DNA of 64,000 nucleotides. Origin: Candidatus Latescibacterota bacterium. GTDB taxonomy: Bacteria > Latescibacterota > UBA2968 > UBA8231. Positions 19,372 to 29,937 of this stretch are shown in pieces. Under the pieces are notes generated by a model. That model did not search any database, was not told the DNA's origin, and saw only the letters and a list, made by a program, of their open reading frames with translations. The DNA lies in NCBI GenBank assembly GCA_965208105.1, contig OZ242318.1, positions 864,001 to 928,000 on the forward strand, given 5' to 3'. Positions within the stretch are counted from its first letter, which is position 1. Each line of letters opens with the position of its first letter. The position numbers and the translations under genes are program-made.

Positions 19372-20598
19372 ATGGCCGTTCGGAGGCTGTCACCGCCGTC
19401 GGGCCCCGCGCAGGGTCCGGACGGCGCCACCCGAAACGCGGCCGCAACAGCGGAAAGGCATACCTTGAATATCGTCGATAGAGGGTTCATTCACGACGGC
19501 GGCAAGGCCGCTGCCCACCAGCGCTCCTCCGCCCGAACCGCCGTCCTCGCGATGCGCGACGAAACCCTGATCGCAAGCTGCCGCCTCGGCAGCGAAAGGG
19601 AGTCCCTCGACGGCCATGAGGCGGTGTTCGCCAGCTCGGATTCAGGCAGGACCTGGGAGCTGCGCCACCACGGCTACGGACAGGGCGCCTGGGAAGACGG
19701 GACCCCCGGCGAGGTGTTCTCCTTCACCATCGCCGAGACCTCGCCTGGCGTCCTGACCGCCACCGGGATCTGGATGGACCGCACCGACCCCGAGCTTCCC
19801 ATGTCCAATCCCGTCACCCAGGGGTTCCTGCCCATGCGCATGTTCCACACCACGTCGACCGACGGGGGGTTCACGTGGGGTCCCCGGCGCCGGATGGACT
19901 CGCGGCCGCACAGGGGGGCATCCTCCGCGACCCAGGCGGTCTGGCCCTTGCCCGGAGGCCTGCTCGCCCAGCCCTACGAGTGGTGGAAGGAATACGACGA
20001 CCCCTCGCCCGGACGGCCCGGATGCTGCTTCCGCATTTCCCGGGACGGAGGTCTGAGTTGGCCGGAGTTCCTTCCCGTCGCCCGGCATCCGCGGAATCTG
20101 CTCTACTACTGGGACCTCCGCCTGGGGGTTCACCCCGATAGCGGCCGGTGGGTGGCCATGTTCTGGACCCACGATCCGGCCGCCGGCGCCGATCTCGACG
20201 TCCACGTCGCCTGGGCGACCCCCGACGCGCGCTCGTGGACGACCCCCGCCGGCAGCGGCCTGCCCGGCCAACACTGCCAGCCGGTGCCTCTCGGCGGCGA
20301 TCGTCTGCTGGCGGTCTACTCCCACCGCCGCGATCCTCCGGGCATCGCCGCCTCGATCAGCGACGACTTCGGACGCACCTGGGACCGCGGCAGAGACCTG
20401 ATGATCTACGAGAGCGGAGCAGGCACGGAGCCTGGCGCCCGGGGGCGGCGCAGTCCAAAGGAGAAGTTCGACGACATGAAGACCTGGCGCTTCGGCCATC
20501 CGCGCGGGGTGCTGCTGAGGGACGGCACCGTCCTCGTCGTGTTCTACGCCGGCAGGGACGACGTCAAGAGCGCCTGCTGGGCCAGGGTGAAGCCCTGA
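19372..20598 (+). CDS. BNR/Asp-box sialidase-fold protein
   Basis: Asp-boxes SSDSGRTW, STDGGFTW, SRDGGLSW, SDDFGRTW; true start may be later (~19466). Confidence 0.8.
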   Translation: MAVRRLSPPSGPAQGPDGATRNAAATAERHTLNIVDRGFIHDGGKAAAHQRSSARTAVLAMRDETLIASCRLGSERESLDGHEAVFASSDSGRTWELRHHGYGQGAWEDGTPGEVFSFTIAETSPGVLTATGIWMDRTDPELPMSNPVTQGFLPMRMFHTTSTDGGFTWGPRRRMDSRPHRGASSATQAVWPLPGGLLAQPYEWWKEYDDPSPGRPGCCFRISRDGGLSWPEFLPVARHPRNLLYYWDLRLGVHPDSGRWVAMFWTHDPAAGADLDVHVAWATPDARSWTTPAGSGLPGQHCQPVPLGGDRLLAVYSHRRDPPGIAASISDDFGRTWDRGRDLMIYESGAGTEPGARGRRSPKEKFDDMKTWRFGHPRGVLLRDGTVLVVFYAGRDDVKSACWARVKP

Positions 20599-21309
20599 GG
20601 GCCGCCCCGCGACCGGGGATGACCGAGCAGGAGAAAAAGACCCTGGTACGAGGCAGCGACTTGCCCGGCGATTGAGTGCGCCCGCGATTCCAGCGCTTCA
20701 CCCCGCCCCCGAGTGTGTCCAGGCTGCTTTACAACCGGGCCGAAAAGGTGCCTCATTTTCTATTTTTAGGGGCTGTCCTTTCGTCTAAACCCAACAGTCC
20801 CCGGACATCGGAATTAGGACCTCGTAGCATGTCGTCAAGGAAATTCACATCACTACGAATCGAAGGATGGCGCCATTTTCAGCGACGCCAACATGCAGTC
20901 GGTGTTCGCTGAAATCGAAGAGTCCGCGCCCGCATACGACGGCACCAACAACACCGGAATGCTGCAGCTCTTCCCACCTTACTGGAGTAGGCAAGCGGAG
21001 CAGGGGATTTCCAGTGCGATTTCTGGAGCCGACGTCAAGGGCCGAAACCGAAATACCCTTTCGGATGCCCTCCCTTTGGTTCCCGAAACTGTTCAGGTCA
21101 CCTGAGGTATGGGTCCGAACCACAACGGAGGCCTTTTTACTGTTGTTTCGCTTCCGTCTGGCCAGCGAGGTACAACTATACAGATGTTTAAACCAAGAAC
21201 GTTCAAACCCTCATACCCCCTCTGCGTGGATGGTCCGCGGAACCCGTTGCCTATCGGTAAACTCGTTGACCCCCACGAATACCTAACCTGAACTCGGGAT
21301 TCCTGTTCC

Positions 21310-24300
21310 ATGAATGGTTTCAGCTTACGTTGCCCTCTTTTCATTTTTCTCGGTCTGATTCTCTCGTCGTCAGCATTCCTCCATGCTTCACCCCCGGCCG
21401 ACAGCCTCCACTTCTGCCTGCCGTTCGAATACGAGCAGTGGGAGCGGAAACGCCCGGCAGGCAAGCGGCTGGCTGATCTAAATACCGGCGAACCCCGCAC
21501 CGTTCGCCTTTTCTACTTCCTGCCCAACGACCGCCCGTTTCGTACGGACGTGGTGCAAAGAATCAAGGACGAAATCCGCAACATTCAGGTCTGGTTCGGC
21601 GAGCAGATTCAGGCGCATGGATACGGGTACAAGACCTTCCGCTTCGAGACCGACGACCAAGGGGAGCCGCTGGTTCACCGCGTGGACGGCCAACATCCCG
21701 ACAGTCATTATCTGGACAACTCGTGGGACCTTGCCCCTGAGGTTGAACAGGTGTTCGATCTGTCGAAGAGTATCGCTGTCTTCGTCATCGACAACAGCAA
21801 CAACCGGATCAACAGGACGGCGGCCGGACAGGCGAGATCGGGCTCGAAACAGAGCGGCGCCCTTCTGGTGCCGGAGGAATTCAGCTGGCAAACCCTCGCC
21901 CATGAACTGGCGCACAGCTTCGGTATGGGACACGATTTTCGCGACGACACGTTCATCCTCTCATACGGATTTGATGAACGAAGGGTTCTGTCTGCATGCG
22001 CCGCCCGGTTTCTGGCTGTTCATCCCTACTTCAATTCCGATGTCGGCGTCGAGTGGGCAGAGGCGCCAGCCATCGAACTCCTTTCCGAACATGGGTATCC
22101 GGAAGGTTCGGAGAACGTCCCCATTCGGCTGAGACTCAGCGACGCGCATGGGCTTTATCTGTTGCGGCTGCGCGTTCCCACGAGGGAGACCCACAACCCC
22201 TCCTACCTTGTAGGAGGCTGGGAACTGAAATTGTGCCGTGAAATGACGGGCGAGGAGAAAGTCGAGATTGAGATCGATTACGACGGCGTGATCCCTTCGG
22301 GCAGCGACTGGGGTTTTTCGGATCTTTCCGACCCGAAGGTGCATCCGATATCCCTCATCGTGATCGACAGGGACGGCAACAGGGCAGGCATCAGTTTCGA
22401 TCTGTGGGAAGTGTCGCGGCAGCATCAGACCACCTTCGAGCTTGCGGAGGAAGTTCACTCCGTGGCCTTTGTTCCCGGTGGCACCACCCTGGCCTCCGGC
22501 TCGGGAGAGGGAGTCGAGCTGTGGGACCTGGAGACGCGGACGGGAACCACTACCTCCCTGTCCGGCGGAGCCGGTGCGATGGCCCTTTCCCCCGACGGAG
22601 CGACCCTGGCCTCGGGGTCCGGCGCCGAGGTCCAGCTTTTGGACATGGCAAGCGGCCAGGTGATCGCCACCTTCTCCGGGCATACCGACCCGATCCGTTC
22701 CCTGGCCTTTTCACCCGACGGCGCGATGCTCGCCTCGGGGGCCGCGGACGCCATCCGGCTGTGGGACCTTGCGGCTCGAACCAGTACCGCGATTCTTCCG
22801 GTCGGCGCCGCCTCGGTGGCCTTCTCCCCCAACGGGGCGACTCTCGCCTCCGGCTCCTTCGATGGTATCCGGCTCTGGGACCTGGAGACCCAGAGGGAGG
22901 TCGCGGCGTACTGGCACGGCGGTGGGCGTGGGGTCAACACCGTCGCGTTCTCACCGGACGGAACCCTGGTCGCCTCCGGGGAGGACGATACCACCGTGCT
23001 CCTGTGGAACGTGGAAACGGGCGAGGACGTCGCCGTCCTCGAGGGGCATGATCGGCCCGTCAGAGCAGTGGCCTTTTCCACCGACGGGACCCTGCTCGCT
23101 TCCGGGGCGGACCTGGAGGTGAGTCTGTGGGATCCGGTAACGAAGGGCAGGATAGCCGCGCTGCAAGGCGAGGGAAGGGGGATCAACACCCTGGCCTTCT
23201 CTTCCGACGGCACAACCCTTGCCGCCGGAACGGGTGACGGCCGGATCGGACTGTGGGACGTGTCCGAGTGGCTACAGCCCCGTCCTCGAACGCTGATGGA
23301 GATTTCAGGGGATGACCAGCGGAGTACGACCGGTTCAGCCTTGGCGAACCCTTATGTCGTGGAAGTGAGAGATCAGTACGACAGTCCCTTGCAAGGCGTT
23401 GAGGTCACGTTTGCGGTCACGGAAGGAGATGGCACGCTCAACGAACGGTTCACGGTCGAGAAGGTGACGACCGGCGCCGACGGCCGGGCAGAGGCTCTTC
23501 TCACTCTTGGACCCGATCCGGGAACCAACACCGTTGAGGTCACGATTCCCGGAGTTGAGCTGGTGACATTCAGTGCGGTGGGGGTCGGCACACCTTCTAT
23601 CCCCCTCATGGAGGATGAATTCCAGAGGTGGCATCTCCCCGATGGGTCCATTGCCCGCCTGGGAAAAGGGCGCATAGGCCGAGGAGACAGGGTGGTTGCC
23701 TTCTCTCCGGATGGTCGGCTCCTCGCTGTTGGAAGTGAGACGGGCACCTGGCTTTACGACGTGACGACTTCCCGCGAAGTCGCCTTGTTCCCCATCGGAA
23801 ATGCGGTCATGCCGGTGGCGTTTTCCCCCGATGGATCCAAGCTCGCCTCTGCCGGGTCGCTCTGGGACGTGGCTACAGGCTCTCATACCCCTCTCGAAAC
23901 CTACTATTCAGCAGCGTTCTCTCCCGACGGGACCCTGCTCGCTCTGGGAGCATATGACGCCAGGATCATTCTGTGGGACCTGGCGGCGGGCACAACTGCC
24001 GCCACCTATGCACATCGAGGCACTGTCTACTCAGTGGCGTTTTCCCCGGACGGCACAAAGCTCGCTACGGGGAACATCGCGGGCAGGGTCTTTTTGTGGG
24101 ACGTGGCGACCGGGGCTCATGAAACCCTGGAGGGGCATACGGACGAGGTTCACTCGGTGGCATTTTCGCCCGACGGGAGGACTCTCGCTTCCGGATCCAA
24201 CGACCACACGGTCGGACTTTGGGATGTCGGGACGGGCACTCATATCACCGCGCTCGAGGGACATACGAGTTGGGTTTTCTCCGTGGCGTTTTCCCCCGAT

Positions 24301-26751
24301 GGAGAAACCCTTGCATCCTCTTCGTGGGATGGCACTGTCAGACTGTGGGACCTGGCGACGAGGACCGGTTTCGCTACCCTCGAGGGACATACAGGCCGGG
24401 TCAGATCAGTGGCCTTTTCACCTGACGGAACAACCCTCGCTTCCGTGGCGGATGGGGGGACAGTCAGACTGTGGGAGGTGGCTACCGGTAATGCCTACAC
24501 CTTTGCGGAGGGGCACAAGGGATGGATGAATTCAGTGGCTTTCTCTCCCGACGGCACAACCATTGCATCCGGATATGACAATAGAACGGTCGAGTTGTGG
24601 GACGTGGAAACGGCTGCCAGTACCGCAATCCTGAAGGGCCACCGCCTGAGGATCAATGATGTAACCTTTTCCCCTGACGGGACCATCCTCGCTTCTGCTT
24701 CGTCGGACCACACGATCAAGCTGTGGGACCCCGCGACGGGAGCCAATACCGCCACCCTGGTATCGGATGAGTTCAGGGGTTGGGTCCGCACTGTCGCCTT
24801 CTCCCCCGACGGGACGAAAATAGCTTCGGGACAGGGCAATGGAACCGCGAAGATTTGGGACACGGCAACGGGAACCAACACCGCAACTCTCCGCGGGCAC
24901 AAGAATCCGGTCAGTGTCCTGGCTTTTTCCCCTGACGGAACAGTTCTGGCCACCGGAGAAGAACCAGACCCTTTTTCCGAATCCTCCCACCCAAGGGTCA
25001 AGCTGTGGGACGCGGCGACGGGGACCAATACTGCCACCTTCGAATTGCCTACCGATTCAATAATCTCATTGTGGATTACACCCGACGGAAAGCCCATCGC
25101 TTCCGGCAAGAGGGGGGAAACGAGAGAATTGCGGAACCTTGCGGATAACACCCTTGTCGCCACCCTCTCCTCCCGGGAGTTGTGGGTTTTTTCGATGATG
25201 GTTTCTACGGGAACTGATGTCGATCAGATTGACTTGGCGGAGGTGCGGAGGCTGGCCGGTGGGACCTACATCCCCTGGCATCTGGTCGGGGCTGCGGAGT
25301 TCTCGCCGGACGGAAGGATCTTCGCTGCCGGTTCTGCGAATGGCACGCTTCTGCTGTGGGATCTGGAGGTTCTTCTACCCCACCCTGAGGCCTTGACCAG
25401 GCTCTCCGGCGATAATCAGAAAGGATTGCCCGACTCAACGTTGGCCCAGCCGTTCATTGTTTCGGTGCTTGACCAGAACGGAGATCCGTTTGCCGGGGCA
25501 ACCGTCACTTTCACGGTCACCGCCGGGGGAGGTTTCCTGTCGGCAACCACCGCCACCACCGATGAGAACGGCCTCGCCGCCGCTACCCTGACCTTGGGAA
25601 GCGATCCCGGGAGAAATACCGTAACGGCAAGGGTCGCCGAACTGAAACCGGTGATCTTCGGTGCCACTGCCCTGTCGGTTCCGACAAGCCTGGCCAAAGT
25701 ATCAGGCGACAAACAGGAGGGACCGGCCGGAGCCGCACTGTCGGAGCCGTTGGTCGTTGTGGTCCGGGATCAGGTCAACGATCCGTTCGAAGGCGCCCTG
25801 GTCATCTTCAGGGTCACCGCCGGCGGCGGGACCCTCACCGCAACCACCGACACCACCGATGCCAACGGCCGCGCCGCAGCTACCCTGACCCTGGGCAGCC
25901 TGCCGGGGGCGAACACCGTCTCGGTACGGGTTGCCAAGCTGAGACCGGTGGCCTTCATCGCCACCGGGCAGGCGAGTCCCCAAAACCTCGCCAAGCTCTC
26001 AGGGGACGAGCAGCAGGCAGCTCCCGGTGCTTCGCTGTCCGAGCCGTTCGTGGTTTCGGTGTTCGATCAGACCGGGGCGGCGTTTGCCGGGGCCACGGTC
26101 GCCTTCACGGTTACCTCCGGCGGGGGGTCCCTCTCCACAACCACAGCCACCACCGATGAGAATGGCCGCGCCGCCGCAACCCTCACCCTGGGCCTGGCCG
26201 GGACCAACACCGTCACTGCATCGGTGCCCGACCTCGACCCTGTGACCTTCACCGCCACCGCCGTAGCCACCCCCGACTTCGACGGCGACGGCGTGGTCGG
26301 CTTTTCTGACTTCTTCCTCTTCGCCGACGCCTTCGGCGGCAGCGACCCCCGCTTCGACCTCGACGGCTCAGGCAGCGTCGACTTCGCCGACTTCTTCCTC
26401 CTGGCCGACCACTTCGCCGGTCCGGCCCGCGGCAAGCTGCTGGCCCTTGCCCGGGAGATGATCGGACTCCCCGACGGACCCAAACTGCAGCAGAACGCGC
26501 CCAACCCGTTCAACAGCCAGACCGTCATCTCCTGGTTTCAGTTGAGACCCGGTCCGGCGCGAGTGGAGATGTTCGCCCTGACCGGGCAACGGGTGGCGGT
26601 CCTTCACCGGGGGGCCAGGAAGGCGGGGTTCCACCGGGTCCACTGGGACGGCAGCGACGACCTGGGCGGCCCCTTGGCGAGCGGCGTCTACCTGTACCGG
26701 CTGGTAACCGATGAAATCGTTGAAACGCGAAAGCTCACCCTGCTTCGCTAA
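21310..26751 (+). CDS. Large secreted modular protein: metzincin-like domain, two WD40 blocks, Ig-like repeats, dockerin-like EF-hands, FlgD-type C-terminal domain
   Basis: Signal peptide; HELAHSFGMGHD; many VAFSPDG..LASG..D..V.LWD repeats; four SGD.Q.G...L..P.VV.V.DQ repeats; PDFDGDGVVGFSDFFLFADAFG; QNAPNPFN...WDG.DD.G...ASGVYLYRL. Confidence 0.9.
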   Translation: MNGFSLRCPLFIFLGLILSSSAFLHASPPADSLHFCLPFEYEQWERKRPAGKRLADLNTGEPRTVRLFYFLPNDRPFRTDVVQRIKDEIRNIQVWFGEQIQAHGYGYKTFRFETDDQGEPLVHRVDGQHPDSHYLDNSWDLAPEVEQVFDLSKSIAVFVIDNSNNRINRTAAGQARSGSKQSGALLVPEEFSWQTLAHELAHSFGMGHDFRDDTFILSYGFDERRVLSACAARFLAVHPYFNSDVGVEWAEAPAIELLSEHGYPEGSENVPIRLRLSDAHGLYLLRLRVPTRETHNPSYLVGGWELKLCREMTGEEKVEIEIDYDGVIPSGSDWGFSDLSDPKVHPISLIVIDRDGNRAGISFDLWEVSRQHQTTFELAEEVHSVAFVPGGTTLASGSGEGVELWDLETRTGTTTSLSGGAGAMALSPDGATLASGSGAEVQLLDMASGQVIATFSGHTDPIRSLAFSPDGAMLASGAADAIRLWDLAARTSTAILPVGAASVAFSPNGATLASGSFDGIRLWDLETQREVAAYWHGGGRGVNTVAFSPDGTLVASGEDDTTVLLWNVETGEDVAVLEGHDRPVRAVAFSTDGTLLASGADLEVSLWDPVTKGRIAALQGEGRGINTLAFSSDGTTLAAGTGDGRIGLWDVSEWLQPRPRTLMEISGDDQRSTTGSALANPYVVEVRDQYDSPLQGVEVTFAVTEGDGTLNERFTVEKVTTGADGRAEALLTLGPDPGTNTVEVTIPGVELVTFSAVGVGTPSIPLMEDEFQRWHLPDGSIARLGKGRIGRGDRVVAFSPDGRLLAVGSETGTWLYDVTTSREVALFPIGNAVMPVAFSPDGSKLASAGSLWDVATGSHTPLETYYSAAFSPDGTLLALGAYDARIILWDLAAGTTAATYAHRGTVYSVAFSPDGTKLATGNIAGRVFLWDVATGAHETLEGHTDEVHSVAFSPDGRTLASGSNDHTVGLWDVGTGTHITALEGHTSWVFSVAFSPDGETLASSSWDGTVRLWDLATRTGFATLEGHTGRVRSVAFSPDGTTLASVADGGTVRLWEVATGNAYTFAEGHKGWMNSVAFSPDGTTIASGYDNRTVELWDVETAASTAILKGHRLRINDVTFSPDGTILASASSDHTIKLWDPATGANTATLVSDEFRGWVRTVAFSPDGTKIASGQGNGTAKIWDTATGTNTATLRGHKNPVSVLAFSPDGTVLATGEEPDPFSESSHPRVKLWDAATGTNTATFELPTDSIISLWITPDGKPIASGKRGETRELRNLADNTLVATLSSRELWVFSMMVSTGTDVDQIDLAEVRRLAGGTYIPWHLVGAAEFSPDGRIFAAGSANGTLLLWDLEVLLPHPEALTRLSGDNQKGLPDSTLAQPFIVSVLDQNGDPFAGATVTFTVTAGGGFLSATTATTDENGLAAATLTLGSDPGRNTVTARVAELKPVIFGATALSVPTSLAKVSGDKQEGPAGAALSEPLVVVVRDQVNDPFEGALVIFRVTAGGGTLTATTDTTDANGRAAATLTLGSLPGANTVSVRVAKLRPVAFIATGQASPQNLAKLSGDEQQAAPGASLSEPFVVSVFDQTGAAFAGATVAFTVTSGGGSLSTTTATTDENGRAAATLTLGLAGTNTVTASVPDLDPVTFTATAVATPDFDGDGVVGFSDFFLFADAFGGSDPRFDLDGSGSVDFADFFLLADHFAGPARGKLLALAREMIGLPDGPKLQQNAPNPFNSQTVISWFQLRPGPARVEMFALTGQRVAVLHRGARKAGFHRVHWDGSDDLGGPLASGVYLYRLVTDEIVETRKLTLLR

Positions 26752-26832
26752 CCATTTGCCCCACTGATTGGCGGTTTCTCGGGAGGGGCCATCGTGGTTC
26801 CGAATCACCACGGGGGCGTTCCTTCAATCAAG

Positions 26833-27478
26833 CTTCATCTTCCGACAGCCTTGATTCCTGCTTCCCCTTCGACCTGGAACAGTGGGAGCGGGAATACCCC
26901 CGTCCTGCTGCCAAGCGGCTTTCCGATCTCGACAGGGGCGAACCCCGCACCGTTCGCCTCTTCTACTTCCTGCCCAACGACCGCCCGTTTCAGATCGGTG
27001 TGGTCGATTCAATGAAGACCGCGATTCGCCAATCCAGGCTTTCTACGGCCACCAAATGCAGGCGCACGGGTTCGGGGATAAAACATTTCGTTTCGAACCA
27101 CGTCATTGGCTTGAAACACAATTTCTACCATGAGTCATTTATCATGTCGTATGGGCACCTGCGAGATGCCCTGTCCGCGTGCAGTGCCGAATTCCTCGCG
27201 GTCAATCCCTACTTCAGTTCCGACGTTTCGTTGACATTGGCCCAGGATCCGGAAATCGAGCGCCCTTCCCCTCCTGCTTACCCGGCCGGCTCCGAGAGCG
27301 TTCCCGTCCGAGTCCGGGTCAACGACCCGGATGGGCTTCACCAGGCACTACTTGTCGTTCGGACACGAGAAACTCATTCCATCTCCGCAGAAGGCCATGA
27401 ACTGAAGTTTTGCCGTCGATTGGAGGGGCCAAGAAGAAGCGATTGTTGAGTTTGACTACGACAGGGTAATTCCTTCAG
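26833..27478 (+). pseudogene. Degraded paralog of the N-terminus of the 21310 protein
   Basis: GAACCCCGCACCGTTCGCCT.TTCTACTTCCTGCCCAACGACCGCCCGTTT is shared with 21490-21540; frameshifts and a deletion near 27098 that removes most of the zinc motif. Confidence 0.85.
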
Positions 27479-27739
27479 GACAAAACCTGAACTTTTCGCA
27501 GCTTTGTCGCGCGCAACCGTAGAGTTAGCAAGGAAGAAGTTGGGTTACGCATAGAACCCCTCGGGGGCAACTCATTGAATTGGGAGAATCAGCTTCCGCT
27601 GCGTCAAGCTACCCCTCTAGTTGCTGAGCTCTCAGCCATAACGCGATTCCACTCGCCGCGTGTTTTCCGCCTATATCAGCCCCTTGGAGTGTCCAGCGAC
27701 TTGACAGAAGACCAGAAAGTGCCTCCTTTTACCCATACT

Positions 27740-28075
27740 TCAGCACATGCCTTGAACTGCTTGCGATTCTCGCCGCGGGCTTGCCGCCACTGTTCCTTGC
27801 GCACCTGGTCGATGCCGGGTGTCTTCAGCCCGAGGATGAGATTGCCTGTCGGTCAGCGCGCGATGAACCGATGCAACTGGTCGGACAGGTTCGACGGGGC
27901 CGCCCAGGGGACCTCCACGATGTGCTGGCCGCGGGTCGGACAGCAGATCTTTCGAGGGCGGTGGGGCTACCAGACGGTACGGCCGGAGACGCGGACCTAG
28001 CGCCAGCGGCGGGGCTCCATGACCCGTACGAACTTGCCCGGCACCCTCACCGAGGACACCGGCACCCATTGTTGT
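27740..28075 (-). mobile_element. ISL3-family transposase remnant
   Basis: Minus strand reads EPRRWR*VRVSGRTVW*..RPRKICCPTRG..VEVPWA..LSDQLHR..GLKTPGIDQVRKEQWR; stops and large internal deletions. Confidence 0.65.
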
Positions 28076-28244
28076 GGTGCTGTACCGAGACCACGACGGC
28101 CGCTTCCTGCCCGCATCCTTCGGAAATCTCGTCGACACCCCAATCCCCCAGGGAGGACTACCTGATCCCCGCCGGCAGCGCGCCGGTCTCAACGGGCTGT
28201 CTGCCCGCGACCCGATCACAACCCAACCGAGGAGAGGAAGACGG

Positions 28245-29732
28245 ATGATCGTATTGAATGGAGGACCCGGAATCGAGATAAGCGAGGCTGTGCTGTTCCC
28301 CTACGACGACCGCACCATACCGTTCCGCTACCGGCTGCAGATCGGGCTCGTCGAGGGCCTGAACCCCTACAAGGGCCACCTCATCGCCATGGAGCGGGGC
28401 GGACCGGGGACCCCCGACAGCAGGATAATCAAGTATTACGGCGCAGTCTGCCAGGTCGAGGACGAGCTCCGCCTCTGGTACCTCGCCCGCGGGGACGTCG
28501 ATGGCGAGCTGACGCCGGAACACGTCTGTTACGCGGTCAGTACCGACGGCCTCAACTGGGAGAAGCCCGAGCTCGGGCTCGTCGAGTTCAACGGATCGAA
28601 GCGCAACAATCTCCTCCCCTTCGAGGCCCGGGGAGAGCCCACCTCCTGCTCGGTGCTACATGACCCGGAGGACCCCGATCCGGCGCGCCGATTCAAGATG
28701 ATTACCGAGGACCACCCCTTCTACATCACCGCCTCGTTCAGCCACGACGGGATCCACTGGAAGGAGGGGCCGAACAACCCGATCCTGAAGCACAACGCCA
28801 TCGAGCCCACCGGGCTGATCAAGTTCAACGGCTGCTATCTCCTCAACGGGCAGGGCGGCAATGTCGGCACCAAGAGGGCCCTGGTCACCTTCGTCTCCTG
28901 GGACTTCGACAACTGGAGCGACGCCGTGGTTCTGGGACTGCGCCGCGACCGGCCTCCCCACCGGCAGATCGACGGCTGCCACGCAGGCGAACAGGTGCAC
29001 CTCGGGGCCGGTCTTTGGGACCGGGGCAACGTCGTCATCGGGGTCTACGGCATGTGGCACGGCGAGTCCAACGACCGCCGCTTCATCAGCATGGACCTCG
29101 GGTTCCTCGTCAGCAACGACGCCCTTCATTTCACCGAGCCGATCCCGGACTTCAAGTTCATCCCCGCCTACGAGATCGAAAGGGAGGGCAGGGACTTCCC
29201 CACCCTGGAGCAGGGCCAGGGATTCGCCAACGTCGGCGACGAGTCCCTCTTCTGGTACTCGAACTGGCGGGGCGGCGACCTCAACGTGGCGCGGTTCCCG
29301 CGCGACCGCCTCGGATATTTCGAGGTGGTGCCGGACCCCAGGCCGAACCTGCTGCCGAGCGAGGACACCCACCAGCTCTACTGGCGCGAGCACATCGGCG
29401 ACAGGGTGCCCGAGTACGCCGAACCCCACTGCATCTCCTGTCCCATCGATCTGAAGGGGGCTCCGGCGTCGGTGTACGTCAACGCCCAGGGGTCGTCGCC
29501 GCAGAACAGTCTCACCGTGGAGATTCTGGACGAGCGCATGCAGCCGATTCCCGGGTTCGGCCGGGCGGACTGCATTCCCGTTGCCGAAGAGGGGCTGCGT
29601 ACGCAGGTCGCCTGGAAAGAAGCGCGGTCCCTTGAGGGGATCGACTCACCGGTTCGGGTGCGGATCAACTGGGAGGGCGAGCGTCCCGGTGACGTGTTCC
29701 TCTACGCGGCGTATGTGGCGAAGGATGGATGA
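28245..29732 (+). CDS. Beta-propeller glycoside hydrolase-like protein, distant paralog of 3524..4954
   Basis: CYAVSTDGLNWEKPELG, DPDPARRFKM, SHDGIHW, RDRLGYF; GAGGA RBS before ATG 28245. Confidence 0.75.
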   Translation: MIVLNGGPGIEISEAVLFPYDDRTIPFRYRLQIGLVEGLNPYKGHLIAMERGGPGTPDSRIIKYYGAVCQVEDELRLWYLARGDVDGELTPEHVCYAVSTDGLNWEKPELGLVEFNGSKRNNLLPFEARGEPTSCSVLHDPEDPDPARRFKMITEDHPFYITASFSHDGIHWKEGPNNPILKHNAIEPTGLIKFNGCYLLNGQGGNVGTKRALVTFVSWDFDNWSDAVVLGLRRDRPPHRQIDGCHAGEQVHLGAGLWDRGNVVIGVYGMWHGESNDRRFISMDLGFLVSNDALHFTEPIPDFKFIPAYEIEREGRDFPTLEQGQGFANVGDESLFWYSNWRGGDLNVARFPRDRLGYFEVVPDPRPNLLPSEDTHQLYWREHIGDRVPEYAEPHCISCPIDLKGAPASVYVNAQGSSPQNSLTVEILDERMQPIPGFGRADCIPVAEEGLRTQVAWKEARSLEGIDSPVRVRINWEGERPGDVFLYAAYVAKDG

Positions 29733-29937
29733 GACCGCGGCGCGGAGGAGGATAAAAACAGACTGACCGCCCGGACTATCGCCACTGGCCGAGGGGCAGA
29801 TCAGTGGACCGGGCAGAGGCGCTCCTGCTGCCCCCAGGCGAGGTTCATGGCCGATTTCGGGATCGTCGAGCATGAAGGGTCCCGACGCCTGCTTGGTGTG
29901 CCCGGCGAATTGGCATAGGGCCCGAAGAGGTAGAGCA

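Noticed and set aside
22440-26270. Periodic DNA repeats that might suggest a CRISPR array or DGR
   Set aside because: They are degenerate WD40/Ig coding repeats; no constant repeat with spacers, cas genes or reverse transcriptase in the window
21490-26990. Giant gene and its relic as a DGR variable/template pair
   Set aside because: Differences are not adenine-specific, include indels, lie at the N-terminus, and no RT is present
27555-27620. Possible IS-end pair GGGGCAACTCA / CAAGCTACCCCTCTAG
   Set aside because: Inverted match too weak to call without a search
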